A stretch of 64,000 bases of DNA from Herbaspirillum sp. (GCA_036499085.1 DASYEK010000116.1:273-64272); one strand, 5' to 3'; positions 41,757 to 51,378 are shown, counted from the stretch's first letter. A program made the numbers and translations. Notes: generated by a model not told the origin, from the letters alone.

Positions 41757-41829
41757 AGTTTAGATGAACCACGCAATTCAGAAATCCTTAAAATGCATCC
41801 ATTAGTCCAATTCGGTAGACATCGCTTCC
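41757..41829 (-). promoter_or_regulatory. Predicted AraC-activated promoter of msrA operon
   Basis: Minus strand GGAC-taatggatgcattttaa-GGAT-N21-TAAACT, plus a third half-site GGAA 21 nt upstream. Confidence 0.65.
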
Positions 41830-41889
41830 ACGTGTAAAACAAAAAATATACATTTCCGAAACGTTGGCAATACTTAAAAGGATCAAAAC

Positions 41890-42852
41890 GTGTCAGACAA
41901 GCCTCTTTTACGAATTTCTCCTTCGGATCTGGATAGCCTGCTGACGATGCTGGACGTCAATTTCGTCCGTTTATCGGAATGCCTGGTCAGTCCCGGCTGG
42001 CAGTTGGAATTGGGTGATGTCGAAGCGCCGGGACTGCATTACAACCTTGCGGGGACCGGCCGCATGGTCGTCGGTGAAATGGTCATCGAACTCAGGCCTC
42101 ATACTCTGGTTATTCTCCCGGCGAGACAGAAATTCTATATTGAGGTCCCCTCGGACGATGCGGAAATGCCGGTGCCTGAAGTCCTGGATGGACGGGCCAT
42201 CGATTTTCCCTCCGGAGCAGTGCGCAGATATGTCGCCGGACGTTCGGATCCGCACATCATCATGATCTGTGGCTATTTCCGGGCAATGTATGGCACTTCC
42301 ATGGATTTGTTCGCCATGCTCACCATGCCGATCGTGGAGCAATTCGATGCATCCGATCATCTCGACACCAGGCTGAAACTGGCGATGACCGAACTGATCG
42401 CGCAAGAAGTCGGGGCGGGAGCGATGACGACGACGTTGCTGAAACAAGTGCTGGTGGTTCTGCTGCGGCGCTCATTGAGCAGCGCGGACCATTGGGTCGA
42501 ACGCTTTTCGATGTTCAGCAATTCGCATGTCGCTCGTGCATTCGCCGATATGGTGACGCAGCCCGGCGCTCCGCATTCCATACGAAGCCTCGCGCAGAGC
42601 GCATGCCTCAGCAGGTCGGCGTTCATGTCGCATTTCACCAGTCTTTTCGGACGCCCGCCAATGGAAGCCCTGCGCGAAATCCGCATGCGTCAAGCGGCCC
42701 TCCTGCTGGCCAACGACAGCATGCCGATCGATCAGATTGCCCGCGCGGTAGGTTATGAAAGCCGTAGCAGTTTTCTCCGGGCCTTCCGCAAAGCCTACGG
42801 TAACGATCCTTCGGACTATCGCTCCAAAGGGCGGCGCGTCCCAGAACTGTAG
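41890..42852 (+). CDS. AraC regulator with cupin sensor domain and two RclR-like Cys (AraC-1)
   Basis: LSECLVSPGW and IMICGYF cysteines; SLAQSACLSRSAF and VGYESRSSFLRAF HTHs; GTG start. Confidence 0.9.
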   Translation: MSDKPLLRISPSDLDSLLTMLDVNFVRLSECLVSPGWQLELGDVEAPGLHYNLAGTGRMVVGEMVIELRPHTLVILPARQKFYIEVPSDDAEMPVPEVLDGRAIDFPSGAVRRYVAGRSDPHIIMICGYFRAMYGTSMDLFAMLTMPIVEQFDASDHLDTRLKLAMTELIAQEVGAGAMTTTLLKQVLVVLLRRSLSSADHWVERFSMFSNSHVARAFADMVTQPGAPHSIRSLAQSACLSRSAFMSHFTSLFGRPPMEALREIRMRQAALLLANDSMPIDQIARAVGYESRSSFLRAFRKAYGNDPSDYRSKGRRVPEL

Positions 42853-42872
42853 TATTTCTGCAATCGCCGATT

Positions 42873-43832
42873 TCAATTCGCGCGCAGTCCCACCACATTG
42901 AACAGTTGTTGCCGATCGGTCCAGGCCTGCTCCACCTGCCATCCATTGGCTATCGCCAGGGCAGAAAAATCTTCAAGGCTGTATTTGCGAGAGCTTTCGG
43001 TATGGATGGTTTCACCGGCTTCGAAGTCATAGCTGAAATCATTGACGGTGACTGTTTGCGCCACCTGACTGACCAGATGCATTTCGACCGCGGATTCGAC
43101 ACTATTCCAACGGACAGCGTGCCGAAAGCCGGACACTGCGAAATCGCCGCCCAGCTCACGATTGATTCGTGTCAATAGATTGAGATTGAATCGTGCAGTG
43201 ACCTCTTGTGCATCGTCATAGGCAGCCAGCATTGTTTCCGTATCTTTTTTCAAGTCGAAACCGATGATGGCGACGCCGTCCTTGCCCACGTGTCGACGCA
43301 TGCGTTGCAGGAATGCGCCGGCCTCTGCGACGTCGAGATTGCCGATGGTGGAGCCTGGAAAGAATGCCACCCGACGCCCCTCGGGCAAAGCGGCCGGCAG
43401 TTCGAAATCGATCATGAAATCTGAAACCATCGGGTCCACCTGGAGCTTCGGAAAGCGCTCGCGAATGCGCACTACCGTCTGTTCCAGGAATTCGGCGGCG
43501 ATATCGATGGGGATATATTGCCGTGGCGTGCATAGCGCTGCAATCAGCGTTTCGGTCTTGATGCCGGCGCCGGCGCCATACTCAAGCAGCGTGGCGCCGC
43601 TGCCTGCAAAGTCGGCTATGGCGCTCGCGTTATCCAGCAGAATCGCGGATTCGGTGCGTGTCGGATAGTACTCCGGCAATTGCGTGATTGCTTCGAACAG
43701 TTCCGAACCTGCATTGTCGTACAGCCATCGGCAGGGGAGGTTTTTCCGACGATGCGAAAGTCCGTTGATTACATCGGCCAGGAAGGCATTCCGATGGTGA
43801 TTCGGGCTCATTGCCTTATAGATCATGTCCAT
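42873..43832 (-). CDS. egtD: L-histidine N-alpha-methyltransferase (hercynine synthase)
   Basis: KNLPCRWLYD..GSELFEAITQLPEYYPTRTE, EYGAGAGIKT, FFPGSTIGN, AYDD..VTARFNLN, IHTESSRKY. Confidence 0.92.
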   Translation of the reverse strand: MDMIYKAMSPNHHRNAFLADVINGLSHRRKNLPCRWLYDNAGSELFEAITQLPEYYPTRTESAILLDNASAIADFAGSGATLLEYGAGAGIKTETLIAALCTPRQYIPIDIAAEFLEQTVVRIRERFPKLQVDPMVSDFMIDFELPAALPEGRRVAFFPGSTIGNLDVAEAGAFLQRMRRHVGKDGVAIIGFDLKKDTETMLAAYDDAQEVTARFNLNLLTRINRELGGDFAVSGFRHAVRWNSVESAVEMHLVSQVAQTVTVNDFSYDFEAGETIHTESSRKYSLEDFSALAIANGWQVEQAWTDRQQLFNVVGLRAN

Positions 43833-43891
43833 TTACTTTTTTAATCATGGTTTGCGTTTGATGTTATTTCGCTTGGGGATGAGCGAAGATC

Positions 43892-43943
43892 AGCTTAAAT
43901 CAAAGTGATGATCCAAAAGTCCTTTAGAAGAGCCCATCGGTCC
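43892..43943 (-). promoter_or_regulatory. Predicted AraC-activated promoter of egtD
   Basis: Minus strand GGAC-cgatgggctcttctaaa-GGAC-N21-TAAGCT. Confidence 0.65.
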
Positions 43944-44053
43944 TATTTTGTGTTCCGCAACTGTTAATAAGTGAGCAAAAATCGTAGAGTCGCTCGGAAA
44001 TGGAAACGCTTGCCAGCCCCGAAAATGAACGACCTGACGAAAGTTTCAAAAGC

Positions 44054-45049
44054 ATGACCGGCAAACTGATTTTACGAATTGCACCTTCAGACTTGGATAA
44101 TCTGATGAGTACATTGGAAGTGAATTTCGTCAAATTGGCAGAATGCCTGGTGAGCACGGGCTGGCGATTGGTATTGCAGGGAATCGATGCGCCTGGAATC
44201 CACTACAACCTGAGTGGCGTGGGCAAAATGATCGTAGGCGATCAGCCGCCGATCGAACTGCTGCCGCACACGCTGGTCATCGTCCCGCCCGGGCACTCGG
44301 TCCGCATTGAGGTCCCGGCGCCTCAATGCCCGTCGTCATCGTTGAATACCGTGGAAAACCGCTGGCAGGCGCCTGTGCCCGGCGCCCTGCGCAGATTCCG
44401 GGCCGGCGACGGCGAACCGCACATCATGTTGATCTGCGGACACTTTCGGGCTTCCTACGGTGCATCGCTGGATCTGTTTGCGGGCTTGCGTGCGCCGATC
44501 GTCGAACAATTCGAAGCCATCGACCAACTCGATCGAAAACTGACCTCGGCGCTCGCGGAGCTAGTGGCGCAGGAGGTCGGAATGGGCGCGATGACCACCA
44601 CATTGTTGAAACAAGTTCTGGTGGCCCTGCTGCGCCGCTCCCTCGGTTCCGTCAGTTTGTGGCTCGAAAGATTTCCAATACTGAGCGACCCGCTGATTGC
44701 GCGCGCGTTCACCGATATGGTTTCGCACCCTGGAGCCCCGCATTCGGTGCAAAGCCTGGCGCAAAGCGCCTGCCTGAGCCGATCCGCATTCATGGCCCGA
44801 TTCGCCAGCCTGTTCGGTCAAACCCCGATGGCGGCGCTACGGGAACTGCGCATGCGCCAGGCGGCGATGCTATTGACCGCGAATAACCTTTCGATATTCC
44901 AGATCGCGCATAGTGTGGGTTACGCGAACCGCAGCAGTTTCCTGCGGGCTTTCCGTAAAGTGTATGGCTGCGATCCGTCGCATTATCGTAGCGGAGATCG
45001 ACCGCCCATCGATGAAAAAATCCCGCTATCGGAAGAAATGAATGAATAA
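44054..45049 (+). CDS. AraC regulator, close paralog of AraC-1 (AraC-2)
   Basis: LRIAPSDLD, LAECLVSTGW, MLICGHF, SLAQSACLSRSAF; upstream in-frame ATG at 44000 possible. Confidence 0.9.
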   Translation: MTGKLILRIAPSDLDNLMSTLEVNFVKLAECLVSTGWRLVLQGIDAPGIHYNLSGVGKMIVGDQPPIELLPHTLVIVPPGHSVRIEVPAPQCPSSSLNTVENRWQAPVPGALRRFRAGDGEPHIMLICGHFRASYGASLDLFAGLRAPIVEQFEAIDQLDRKLTSALAELVAQEVGMGAMTTTLLKQVLVALLRRSLGSVSLWLERFPILSDPLIARAFTDMVSHPGAPHSVQSLAQSACLSRSAFMARFASLFGQTPMAALRELRMRQAAMLLTANNLSIFQIAHSVGYANRSSFLRAFRKVYGCDPSHYRSGDRPPIDEKIPLSEEMNE

Positions 45050-45124
45050 TGAATAGAACGACAAGCAACCTTGAGCCATCAGGGAGATTTACCTTCAACT
45101 CAATTTCACTAATGAGAAATCATC

Positions 45125-45571
45125 ATGACCGACAAAACACTTCTAAAGAACACCATGCTGGACCTCGAAACCGAAAGGTTGGCTTATTCCGAGCGTGCTT
45201 ATGCCGATTATCTATGCCGTAGCGCACGCGACCAAAGCCAGGCAGGAGACCACGGGCAGGACTCGCAGCAGTTCGAGGATGCCGAAATAGCACAGGCGTT
45301 CGAATGTCCCATCGAAACGCATCAGGAAGCGCTCGCGAAATTACGCCATATCGATTTCGGCCCGAAGTCGGAAGTGCGGGAAGGGGCTGCCGTCCGCTTC
45401 AATGACCGCTGGTTCGTGATTGCAATCGCTACAGAAGAATTCACCTGCGACGGCATCACCTATATGGGCATATCAAGCCAGGCGCCAATCTTCGAGGCAA
45501 TGCAAGGCAAGGCCGCCGGCGATGTCTTTGAATTCAACCGCCGAAAAATCCGGGTGGAAGCGGTGGCTTGA
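45125..45571 (+). CDS. GreA/GreB-like protein
   Basis: N-terminal coiled-coil with AGD tip; C-terminal ISSQAPIFEAMQGKAAGDVFEFN matches the Gre C-terminal domain pattern. Confidence 0.6.
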   Translation: MTDKTLLKNTMLDLETERLAYSERAYADYLCRSARDQSQAGDHGQDSQQFEDAEIAQAFECPIETHQEALAKLRHIDFGPKSEVREGAAVRFNDRWFVIAIATEEFTCDGITYMGISSQAPIFEAMQGKAAGDVFEFNRRKIRVEAVA

Positions 45572-45666
45572 TCGACTTCATTCGAAGTCGCTTGCTACAC
45601 GGATTCAACAAGAAATGGCGGCATCTGCGCAACCTTTTCCATTTTGCGGGTTTACTTTCATTAGAC

Positions 45667-45718
45667 AGACTTTTAGACTCATTTTCAGGACTTGCCATCC
45701 TTTCATCTGCCTTAAACT
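45667..45718 (+). promoter_or_regulatory. Predicted AraC-activated promoter of PEP-mutase/dps/kef/flavoprotein run
   Basis: Plus strand AGAC-ttttagactcattttca-GGAC-N21-TAAACT. Confidence 0.65.
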
Positions 45719-45852
45719 ATAAATCGGTCGCGTAACCGACGTAGGCGGACGTCACCGCGTCCTTTCGTGAAACGGGCGGCGCCGGGTTCGCCAATGTGCC
45801 TCTTGCACGTTGATGCGAGTATTTCATCATCCACCGACACGACGAGGTTTCC

Positions 45853-46917
45853 ATGACCCGCACAATTTCTGAAAAACGCGCCATCTTCCGCGCCCTCCAT
45901 GAACAAGGTTGTTTCGTGCTGCCGAATCCCTGGGACGTGGGTAGCGCCCGCTATCTGCAAGGCCTGGGCTTCAAGGCCTTGGCGACAACAAGCGCGGGTT
46001 ATGCATGGTCGCAAGGCCTGCCGGACGGCGCCGCCACGCTGGAAATGGCATTGGCCCACTTGCGCGACATAGTGGCCGCAACCGATCTGCCGGTCAACGC
46101 CGATTTTGAACATGGCTTTGCCGCCGATCCCGAAGGGGTCGCGAAAAACGTCAAGCTCGCCATCGAGACCGGCATAGCGGGATTATCGATCGAGGACAGT
46201 ACCGGCGACGCCGCCAAACCTTTGTTCGCCATCGAAGAAGCAAGCGCCAGGATACGGGCTGCACGCAACGCAATCGACAGTGCTGGCGGCGACGTCCTGC
46301 TGATCGGCCGCGCGGAAAATTTCTTCATCGGAAAACCAGACCTGCAGGACACCATTGCCCGTTTGAAGGCTTATTCCGCGGCCGGCGCCGACTGCCTCTA
46401 TGCACCTGACATCGAGACGCGCGAAGACATTGCCGCAATAGTGGCCGCGGTTGCGCCGAAACCCTTCAACCTGTTGATCCGTTCGGACAACGGCCTGACC
46501 TTGCAGGACGCCGCCGATCTCGGCGTCCGCCGCATCAGCGTCGGCGCCGCGTTGGCACGCTCTGCGTGGGGCGGGTTCATGCGTGCGGCGCAAACCATTT
46601 CGCGAGGCCGTTTCGACGGTTTCGCCGATGCCGCGCCGGGCGCGCAACTGAATGCCTTCTTCCGTGTCTCAGGCGAAGAGCCATTGATGAAGCAGCCCGC
46701 GCACATTGTCGGCAAAGTCGAATATCGTGAAGGCGAAGGACCTTTGCTGGAGATCCCCTGCGGCGTTGTGGAAGTCGAAACCAATGCGGTCGATGCAATC
46801 TTCAGTTGGCCGGACGGCAAGTCCCATGGACTTGCGGCGATGCCGGTCGCCAATTTTTGCCGGTATGTCGCCGATGGAGCGATCACCGTCGCCGCGAAGC
46901 CGCCATTGCGTACTTAG
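45853..46917 (+). CDS. Isocitrate lyase/PEP mutase family protein with ~76-aa C-terminal extension
   Basis: LPNPWDVGSA, ALATTSAG, PVNADFE.G, GLSIEDS, AGADCLYAP; extension begins MKQPAHIVGKVEYREG. Confidence 0.85.
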   Translation: MTRTISEKRAIFRALHEQGCFVLPNPWDVGSARYLQGLGFKALATTSAGYAWSQGLPDGAATLEMALAHLRDIVAATDLPVNADFEHGFAADPEGVAKNVKLAIETGIAGLSIEDSTGDAAKPLFAIEEASARIRAARNAIDSAGGDVLLIGRAENFFIGKPDLQDTIARLKAYSAAGADCLYAPDIETREDIAAIVAAVAPKPFNLLIRSDNGLTLQDAADLGVRRISVGAALARSAWGGFMRAAQTISRGRFDGFADAAPGAQLNAFFRVSGEEPLMKQPAHIVGKVEYREGEGPLLEIPCGVVEVETNAVDAIFSWPDGKSHGLAAMPVANFCRYVADGAITVAAKPPLRT

Positions 46918-47022
46918 CGCGCGTATCGGCCTTGTTGCCGTCGGCATCGATTGGCGCAACGCAGAAAAGTTCGCTGGGCAACCATCGAACCTATTTCAAC
47001 CCCAACTACAAGGACAGCCATC

Positions 47023-47538
47023 GTGACCAAATCTCCTCCCAAAATTCGCCGCAAACTCCCCATGGCAACCCCCTCCGCCCTGGGCGCGGATGCGGTGCGA
47101 GACATCTCCGGCGGCCTTTCCATATTGCTGGCCGATTTTTTTGCGTTGTATCTGAAAACCAAGAATTTCCACTGGCACGTATCGGGTCCCCATTTCCGCG
47201 ACTATCATCTGATGCTGGACGAACAGGCTACCCAGATTTTTGCCGCCACCGATCCGATCGCCGAACGTACACGCAAGCTTGGCGGCACCACGCTTCGCTC
47301 CATTGGCCAGATTGCTCGCCTGCAACGCATATCGGACAACGATGCCGATTTTGTCGACGCGTCGGGCATGCTGGCGGAATTGCGCGAAGACAACCTTACG
47401 GTGGTGGCCAAGATGCGCGAAGTGCACGGATTGTGTGACGAATACAATGACGTTGCGACCGCAAGCCTGCTCGAAAACTGGATCGACGAAGCCGAGCAGC
47501 GCATCTGGTACCTGTTCGAGGCCGGCAAGAATGGTTGA
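47023..47538 (+). CDS. dps: Dps DNA-protecting ferritin
   Basis: LYLKTKNFHWHVSGPHFRDYHLMLDEQ...DPIAER ferroxidase motifs; GTG start after AAGGA. Confidence 0.93.
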   Translation: MTKSPPKIRRKLPMATPSALGADAVRDISGGLSILLADFFALYLKTKNFHWHVSGPHFRDYHLMLDEQATQIFAATDPIAERTRKLGGTTLRSIGQIARLQRISDNDADFVDASGMLAELREDNLTVVAKMREVHGLCDEYNDVATASLLENWIDEAEQRIWYLFEAGKNG

Positions 47539-47604
47539 TCGAGGCCATGCCGGGAAGACCTCCTCAACCAGGAAGCCGGCATAACGTCAATTTTCGATGA
47601 GGCC

Positions 47605-49314
47605 ATGACAGATACCGCAACGCTTGCCGTCCTGCTGCCAGTCATCTTGCTGCTGTTTCTCGCGGTGGCGACGGCTATCGCCAGCCGTATCGTCGGCTTG
47701 AGTCCCATCGTCGGCTACATCGCGCTCGGACTGGCGCTGCGGGCCGGAGGCGTCGGCTTCCTGTTCGAACAGTCGACCATTGCGCTGCTGGCGGAACTGG
47801 GCGTCATTTTCCTGCTGTTCGACATCGGGCTGCACTTTTCGCTCGCGCACGTGCGTCGGCAAGCGTCGGACATCTTTGCCTTCGGCCCGTTCCAGGTCGT
47901 GTTTGCCACCGTTGCGATCGGTCTCGCCGCGCTGGCTTTCGGCATGGACCTGCTGCCCGCCCTGCTGACAGGGGCGGTGCTGGCGTTGTCTTCGACCGCC
48001 GTGGTCGGACGCCTGATCGCCGAGCGCCACCAGCAGAACTGCCCGGTCGGACTGACCGCCACTTCCATCCTTGTATTCCAGGACGTGGCCGCGATCTTTC
48101 TCCTGATCGTCGCCGGCGCGCTGGATGGCGGCGGATCGGTCTGGATCGCCGCTTTGCAGGCACTGGGCAAAGCGGTGCTGGCCTTTGCCGTCACCGTGGC
48201 CATCGCCAGGCTGTTGATCGGACCGCTGCTGGCACTGGTAGCGCGCACCAGGAATGAAGAGGTGTTCACCGCGATGGCGCTGCTGATCGCGCTGGCGGCC
48301 GGCTGGGCGACCGGCCAGATCGGTCTTTCGCTGACCCTCGGTGCTTTCCTGGGCGGACTGGCGCTGGCGAAAACGCCTTATCGGGCCGTCATTGAATCTG
48401 AAATCAGGCCTTTCCGCGGATTGCTGCTCGGGTTTTTCTTCATTTCGATCGGCCTGTCGCTGGACGTGGCCGCCCTGGCAAGCTCGTGGCGGATCGTCAT
48501 CGGCCTCACCGTTCTGTTGCTTGCGCTCAAGATCGTCTCCAACATCCTGGCCAGCCGCGTCTTCCGCTGGTCGGTGCCGGGTTCGACGCAGCTCGGCTTC
48601 CTGCTGGCGCAGGGTTCGGAATTCGCATTCGTCATATTGAGCCTGTCCGCGGTGCGCGCCGTCATCGGGGAATCGCGCGCCTCGGTCATCATTGCCGTGG
48701 TGGCGCTGAGCATGGCGGTCACGCCCAATCTGGCCGACGCCGGCCGCAAGCTGGCCGGTCGCATGCGCATGCGCCGACAGCAGCAAAAGGCGATGATCGA
48801 AGAACTTACGCCGCAACTGGAAGCGGCGCCGGCGATCATCATCGGCATGGGGGAAATCGGCCGGACGGTGGCGGATGCCTTGATCAAATTCGAAATCGGC
48901 TATTACGCCATCGAACGCGATCCGCAACGTCTGCAAATGGCGATCGCCGATGGCTACAACGTCGTCTTCGGAGACGGTGCGGACATGCGGTTATGGGGGT
49001 CGATACAGCTTCATGCGCGCAAGCTGAGCGTTCTGACCGCTCCGGATTTCGAGGTGCTGAAGGAGACCGCTCCGATGGCGAAGATGCAATTCCCCAACCT
49101 GAAGCGCTTCGCGGTGGTAAGCGACGAAAGCGGACTTGAACGCTTCCATGGCATAGGCTTGCAGGCCATCGTGGATCGGAGCCTTCCGCGCGGAATCGAC
49201 GTCGCCATGGAAATCCTGACCGAATTGGAGATGCCGGCCGCGGCCATCGAAGAGTGGGTCAACGAGCAAACGCAATTTGCGGATTCGAACCCGCTGCTGA
49301 AGTCCGCCGCCTGA
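47605..49314 (+). CDS. CPA2 cation:proton antiporter with KTN domain (KefB/KefC-like)
   Basis: LAELGVIFLLFDIGL, ALSSTAVV, FQDVAA, LGAFLGGL, LAQGSEFAFV, KTN GMGEIG. Confidence 0.88.
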   Translation: MTDTATLAVLLPVILLLFLAVATAIASRIVGLSPIVGYIALGLALRAGGVGFLFEQSTIALLAELGVIFLLFDIGLHFSLAHVRRQASDIFAFGPFQVVFATVAIGLAALAFGMDLLPALLTGAVLALSSTAVVGRLIAERHQQNCPVGLTATSILVFQDVAAIFLLIVAGALDGGGSVWIAALQALGKAVLAFAVTVAIARLLIGPLLALVARTRNEEVFTAMALLIALAAGWATGQIGLSLTLGAFLGGLALAKTPYRAVIESEIRPFRGLLLGFFFISIGLSLDVAALASSWRIVIGLTVLLLALKIVSNILASRVFRWSVPGSTQLGFLLAQGSEFAFVILSLSAVRAVIGESRASVIIAVVALSMAVTPNLADAGRKLAGRMRMRRQQQKAMIEELTPQLEAAPAIIIGMGEIGRTVADALIKFEIGYYAIERDPQRLQMAIADGYNVVFGDGADMRLWGSIQLHARKLSVLTAPDFEVLKETAPMAKMQFPNLKRFAVVSDESGLERFHGIGLQAIVDRSLPRGIDVAMEILTELEMPAAAIEEWVNEQTQFADSNPLLKSAA

Positions 49315-49384
49315 CAGGCGGCCGGCATCCGTTCCCAGATGGAACGGAAACCAAATATCAATCACGTACCCAGGGGAAAAAAGC

Positions 49385-50806
49385 ATGACCGGTTTCAAAT
49401 CCACTTCCGATTCCACGCCCTCCGCATCGCCCCGCGTCTTCGACGCGATCCTGATCGGCACCGGCCAGGCCGCGCCCGCGCTTGCCAACCGCTTGACGGC
49501 TGCCGGCATGACGGTCGCGGTAATCGAACGCAACCTGGTGGGCGGCACCTGCGTCAACGCGGGCTGCACGCCGACCAAGGCGATGGTGGCCAGTGCCTAC
49601 GTGGCGCGCATGGCCGCCCGCGGCGCGGAATACGGCGTGATGCTGCCCGGGCCGGCGCGCATCGACATGGCCGCGATCAAGGCGCGCGCGGCCGCCATCG
49701 CCCAGGCCAGCCGCTCGGGCCTCGAAGACTGGATGAACAATATGCCCGGCTGCACGCTCATTCGCGGCCACGCGCGTTTCGAAAGCGCACGCCGAATCCG
49801 GGTCGGGGAACAATTGATCACGGCCGACAAGATATTCATCAATGTCGGCGGGCGCGCATCGATCCCCGGCATCGAGGGCCTGGATCGCATTCCGTACCTG
49901 ACCAATACCGGCATGCTGGCGCTCGACCAGGTCCCGCGCCATCTGATCGTGATCGGCGGCAGCTACATCGGGCTGGAATTTGCCCAGATGTTCCGCCGCT
50001 TCGGCGCGGAAGTGACGGTGCTCCAGAGAGGCCCGCGCCTGATTCCGCAGGAAGACGGCGAAGTCTCGGCGCAGATCAAGGCGATCCTGGAAAACGAAGG
50101 CGTCGAGATCCGGCTGAATGCGGAATGCATCCGGGTTCGCCCGCTTCCGGAAGGGGTCGCCGTCGGCGTCAACGGTTCGGCGGCCGAGCAAGAGATCGTC
50201 GGCAGCCACGTCCTGCTCGCCGCCGGCAGGCGGCCGAACACCGACGACCTGGGCCTGGACCAGGCCGGCGTGGCGACCGATGCGGCCGGCTACATCGCGG
50301 TCGACGGCCAGCTGCGCACCAGCGTCGAAGGAATCTGGGCGCTCGGCGACTGCAACGGCCGCGGCGCATTCACGCATACTTCCTACAACGATTTCGAGAT
50401 CGTTGCCGCGAACCTGCTCGACGGCGAGGCGCGCTCTGTTGCGGATCGGATTCCCGCCTATGCGCTATATATCGATCCGCCGCTGGGCCGGGTCGGGATG
50501 ACGGTGACGCAGGCGCAAAAGGCCGGCCGCACCGTCCGCGTCGGCATGCGGCCGATGACCCGCGTCGCGCGCGCCAAGGAAAAGGGCGAGGCGCAAGGGT
50601 CGATGCGGGTAGTGGTCGATGCAACCACGGATGAGATCCTGGGCGCCGCGATCCTGGGGCCTGGCGGCGACGAAGCCGTTCATATGGTGCTGGCCGCGAT
50701 GTCCGCCGGCGTGTCCTATACCGTACTGACGCGGACCGTGGCAATCCATCCTACTGTCTCGGAGTTGATACCGACCATCCTCGGCGAGCTTTCGGCGCCG
50801 CTGTGA
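49385..50806 (+). CDS. Flavoprotein disulfide reductase (RclA/MerA/LpdA superfamily; lacks MerA N-domain and C-terminal CC)
   Basis: GTGQAA, GGTCVNAGCTPTK redox CxxxxC, GGSYIGLE, GRRPNT, ALGDC, IHPTVSE. Confidence 0.88.
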   Translation: MTGFKSTSDSTPSASPRVFDAILIGTGQAAPALANRLTAAGMTVAVIERNLVGGTCVNAGCTPTKAMVASAYVARMAARGAEYGVMLPGPARIDMAAIKARAAAIAQASRSGLEDWMNNMPGCTLIRGHARFESARRIRVGEQLITADKIFINVGGRASIPGIEGLDRIPYLTNTGMLALDQVPRHLIVIGGSYIGLEFAQMFRRFGAEVTVLQRGPRLIPQEDGEVSAQIKAILENEGVEIRLNAECIRVRPLPEGVAVGVNGSAAEQEIVGSHVLLAAGRRPNTDDLGLDQAGVATDAAGYIAVDGQLRTSVEGIWALGDCNGRGAFTHTSYNDFEIVAANLLDGEARSVADRIPAYALYIDPPLGRVGMTVTQAQKAGRTVRVGMRPMTRVARAKEKGEAQGSMRVVVDATTDEILGAAILGPGGDEAVHMVLAAMSAGVSYTVLTRTVAIHPTVSELIPTILGELSAPL

Positions 50807-50813
50807 CCCTTCC

Positions 50814-51284
50814 CTATTTCACGATAGGTTGCACACCGTACTTTTGATGGTAGGTGCTCCTGATCTCATCCTGGCTTCGGGGAGGTTTGGCGAAGACATG
50901 GGCCGGCGACAGCAATGGAGTGATCGAAGTGGGTTCGATTTTGACAACTTGATCGACGGGATACTCCGGGCCGTTCGTCGCCTGGACCCAGTCCGCGATC
51001 ATCGAATACTCGTCGTTGCCTGGCGACAGTATCAACGCACGTCCCTTGAAGCGATAGCCGCGTCTCTCGAAGACGTCGACTACATTGATTTCGATGGCGG
51101 GATTGCGTTTCAGGTTGCGTATCGTGCCGGGCGATGCGATATCGGCGAAATAGAGAACGCCGTTCCTGACCGTCAGGGACGCCTTAGGGGAAAGGTTGGG
51201 CGTGCCGTCCTCATTGACTGTCGCGACGAACGACAGTATCGCCTGCTTGATGATCGCCTGCATGTCGGCATTGATTTCAATCAT
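50814..51284 (-). CDS. Pyridoxamine 5'-phosphate oxidase-like FMN-binding protein
   Basis: FVATVNEDGTPNLSPKASL, TIRNLKRNP, RRGYRFKG; AAGGAG RBS. Confidence 0.85.
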   Translation of the reverse strand: MIEINADMQAIIKQAILSFVATVNEDGTPNLSPKASLTVRNGVLYFADIASPGTIRNLKRNPAIEINVVDVFERRGYRFKGRALILSPGNDEYSMIADWVQATNGPEYPVDQVVKIEPTSITPLLSPAHVFAKPPRSQDEIRSTYHQKYGVQPIVK

Positions 51285-51378
51285 GGATATTCTCCTTAAT
51301 GTCATTTAATGAACTTGGGCAAACGCTTGTCATTGGCGTCGATGCGGTACGGCACAGGCGAGGCCGATTTCCTGCCAT

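Noticed and set aside
41876-41889. Identical 14-mer AAAAGGATCAAAAC also at 52888-52901
   Set aside because: One copy is the AraC-1 RBS region and the other overlaps a predicted box; A-rich, low-complexity, and not at island ends, so not treated as an att or target-site repeat
49385-50806. Mercuric reductase (merA) call
   Set aside because: No N-terminal metal-binding domain, no C-terminal Cys-Cys, no merR/T/P nearby
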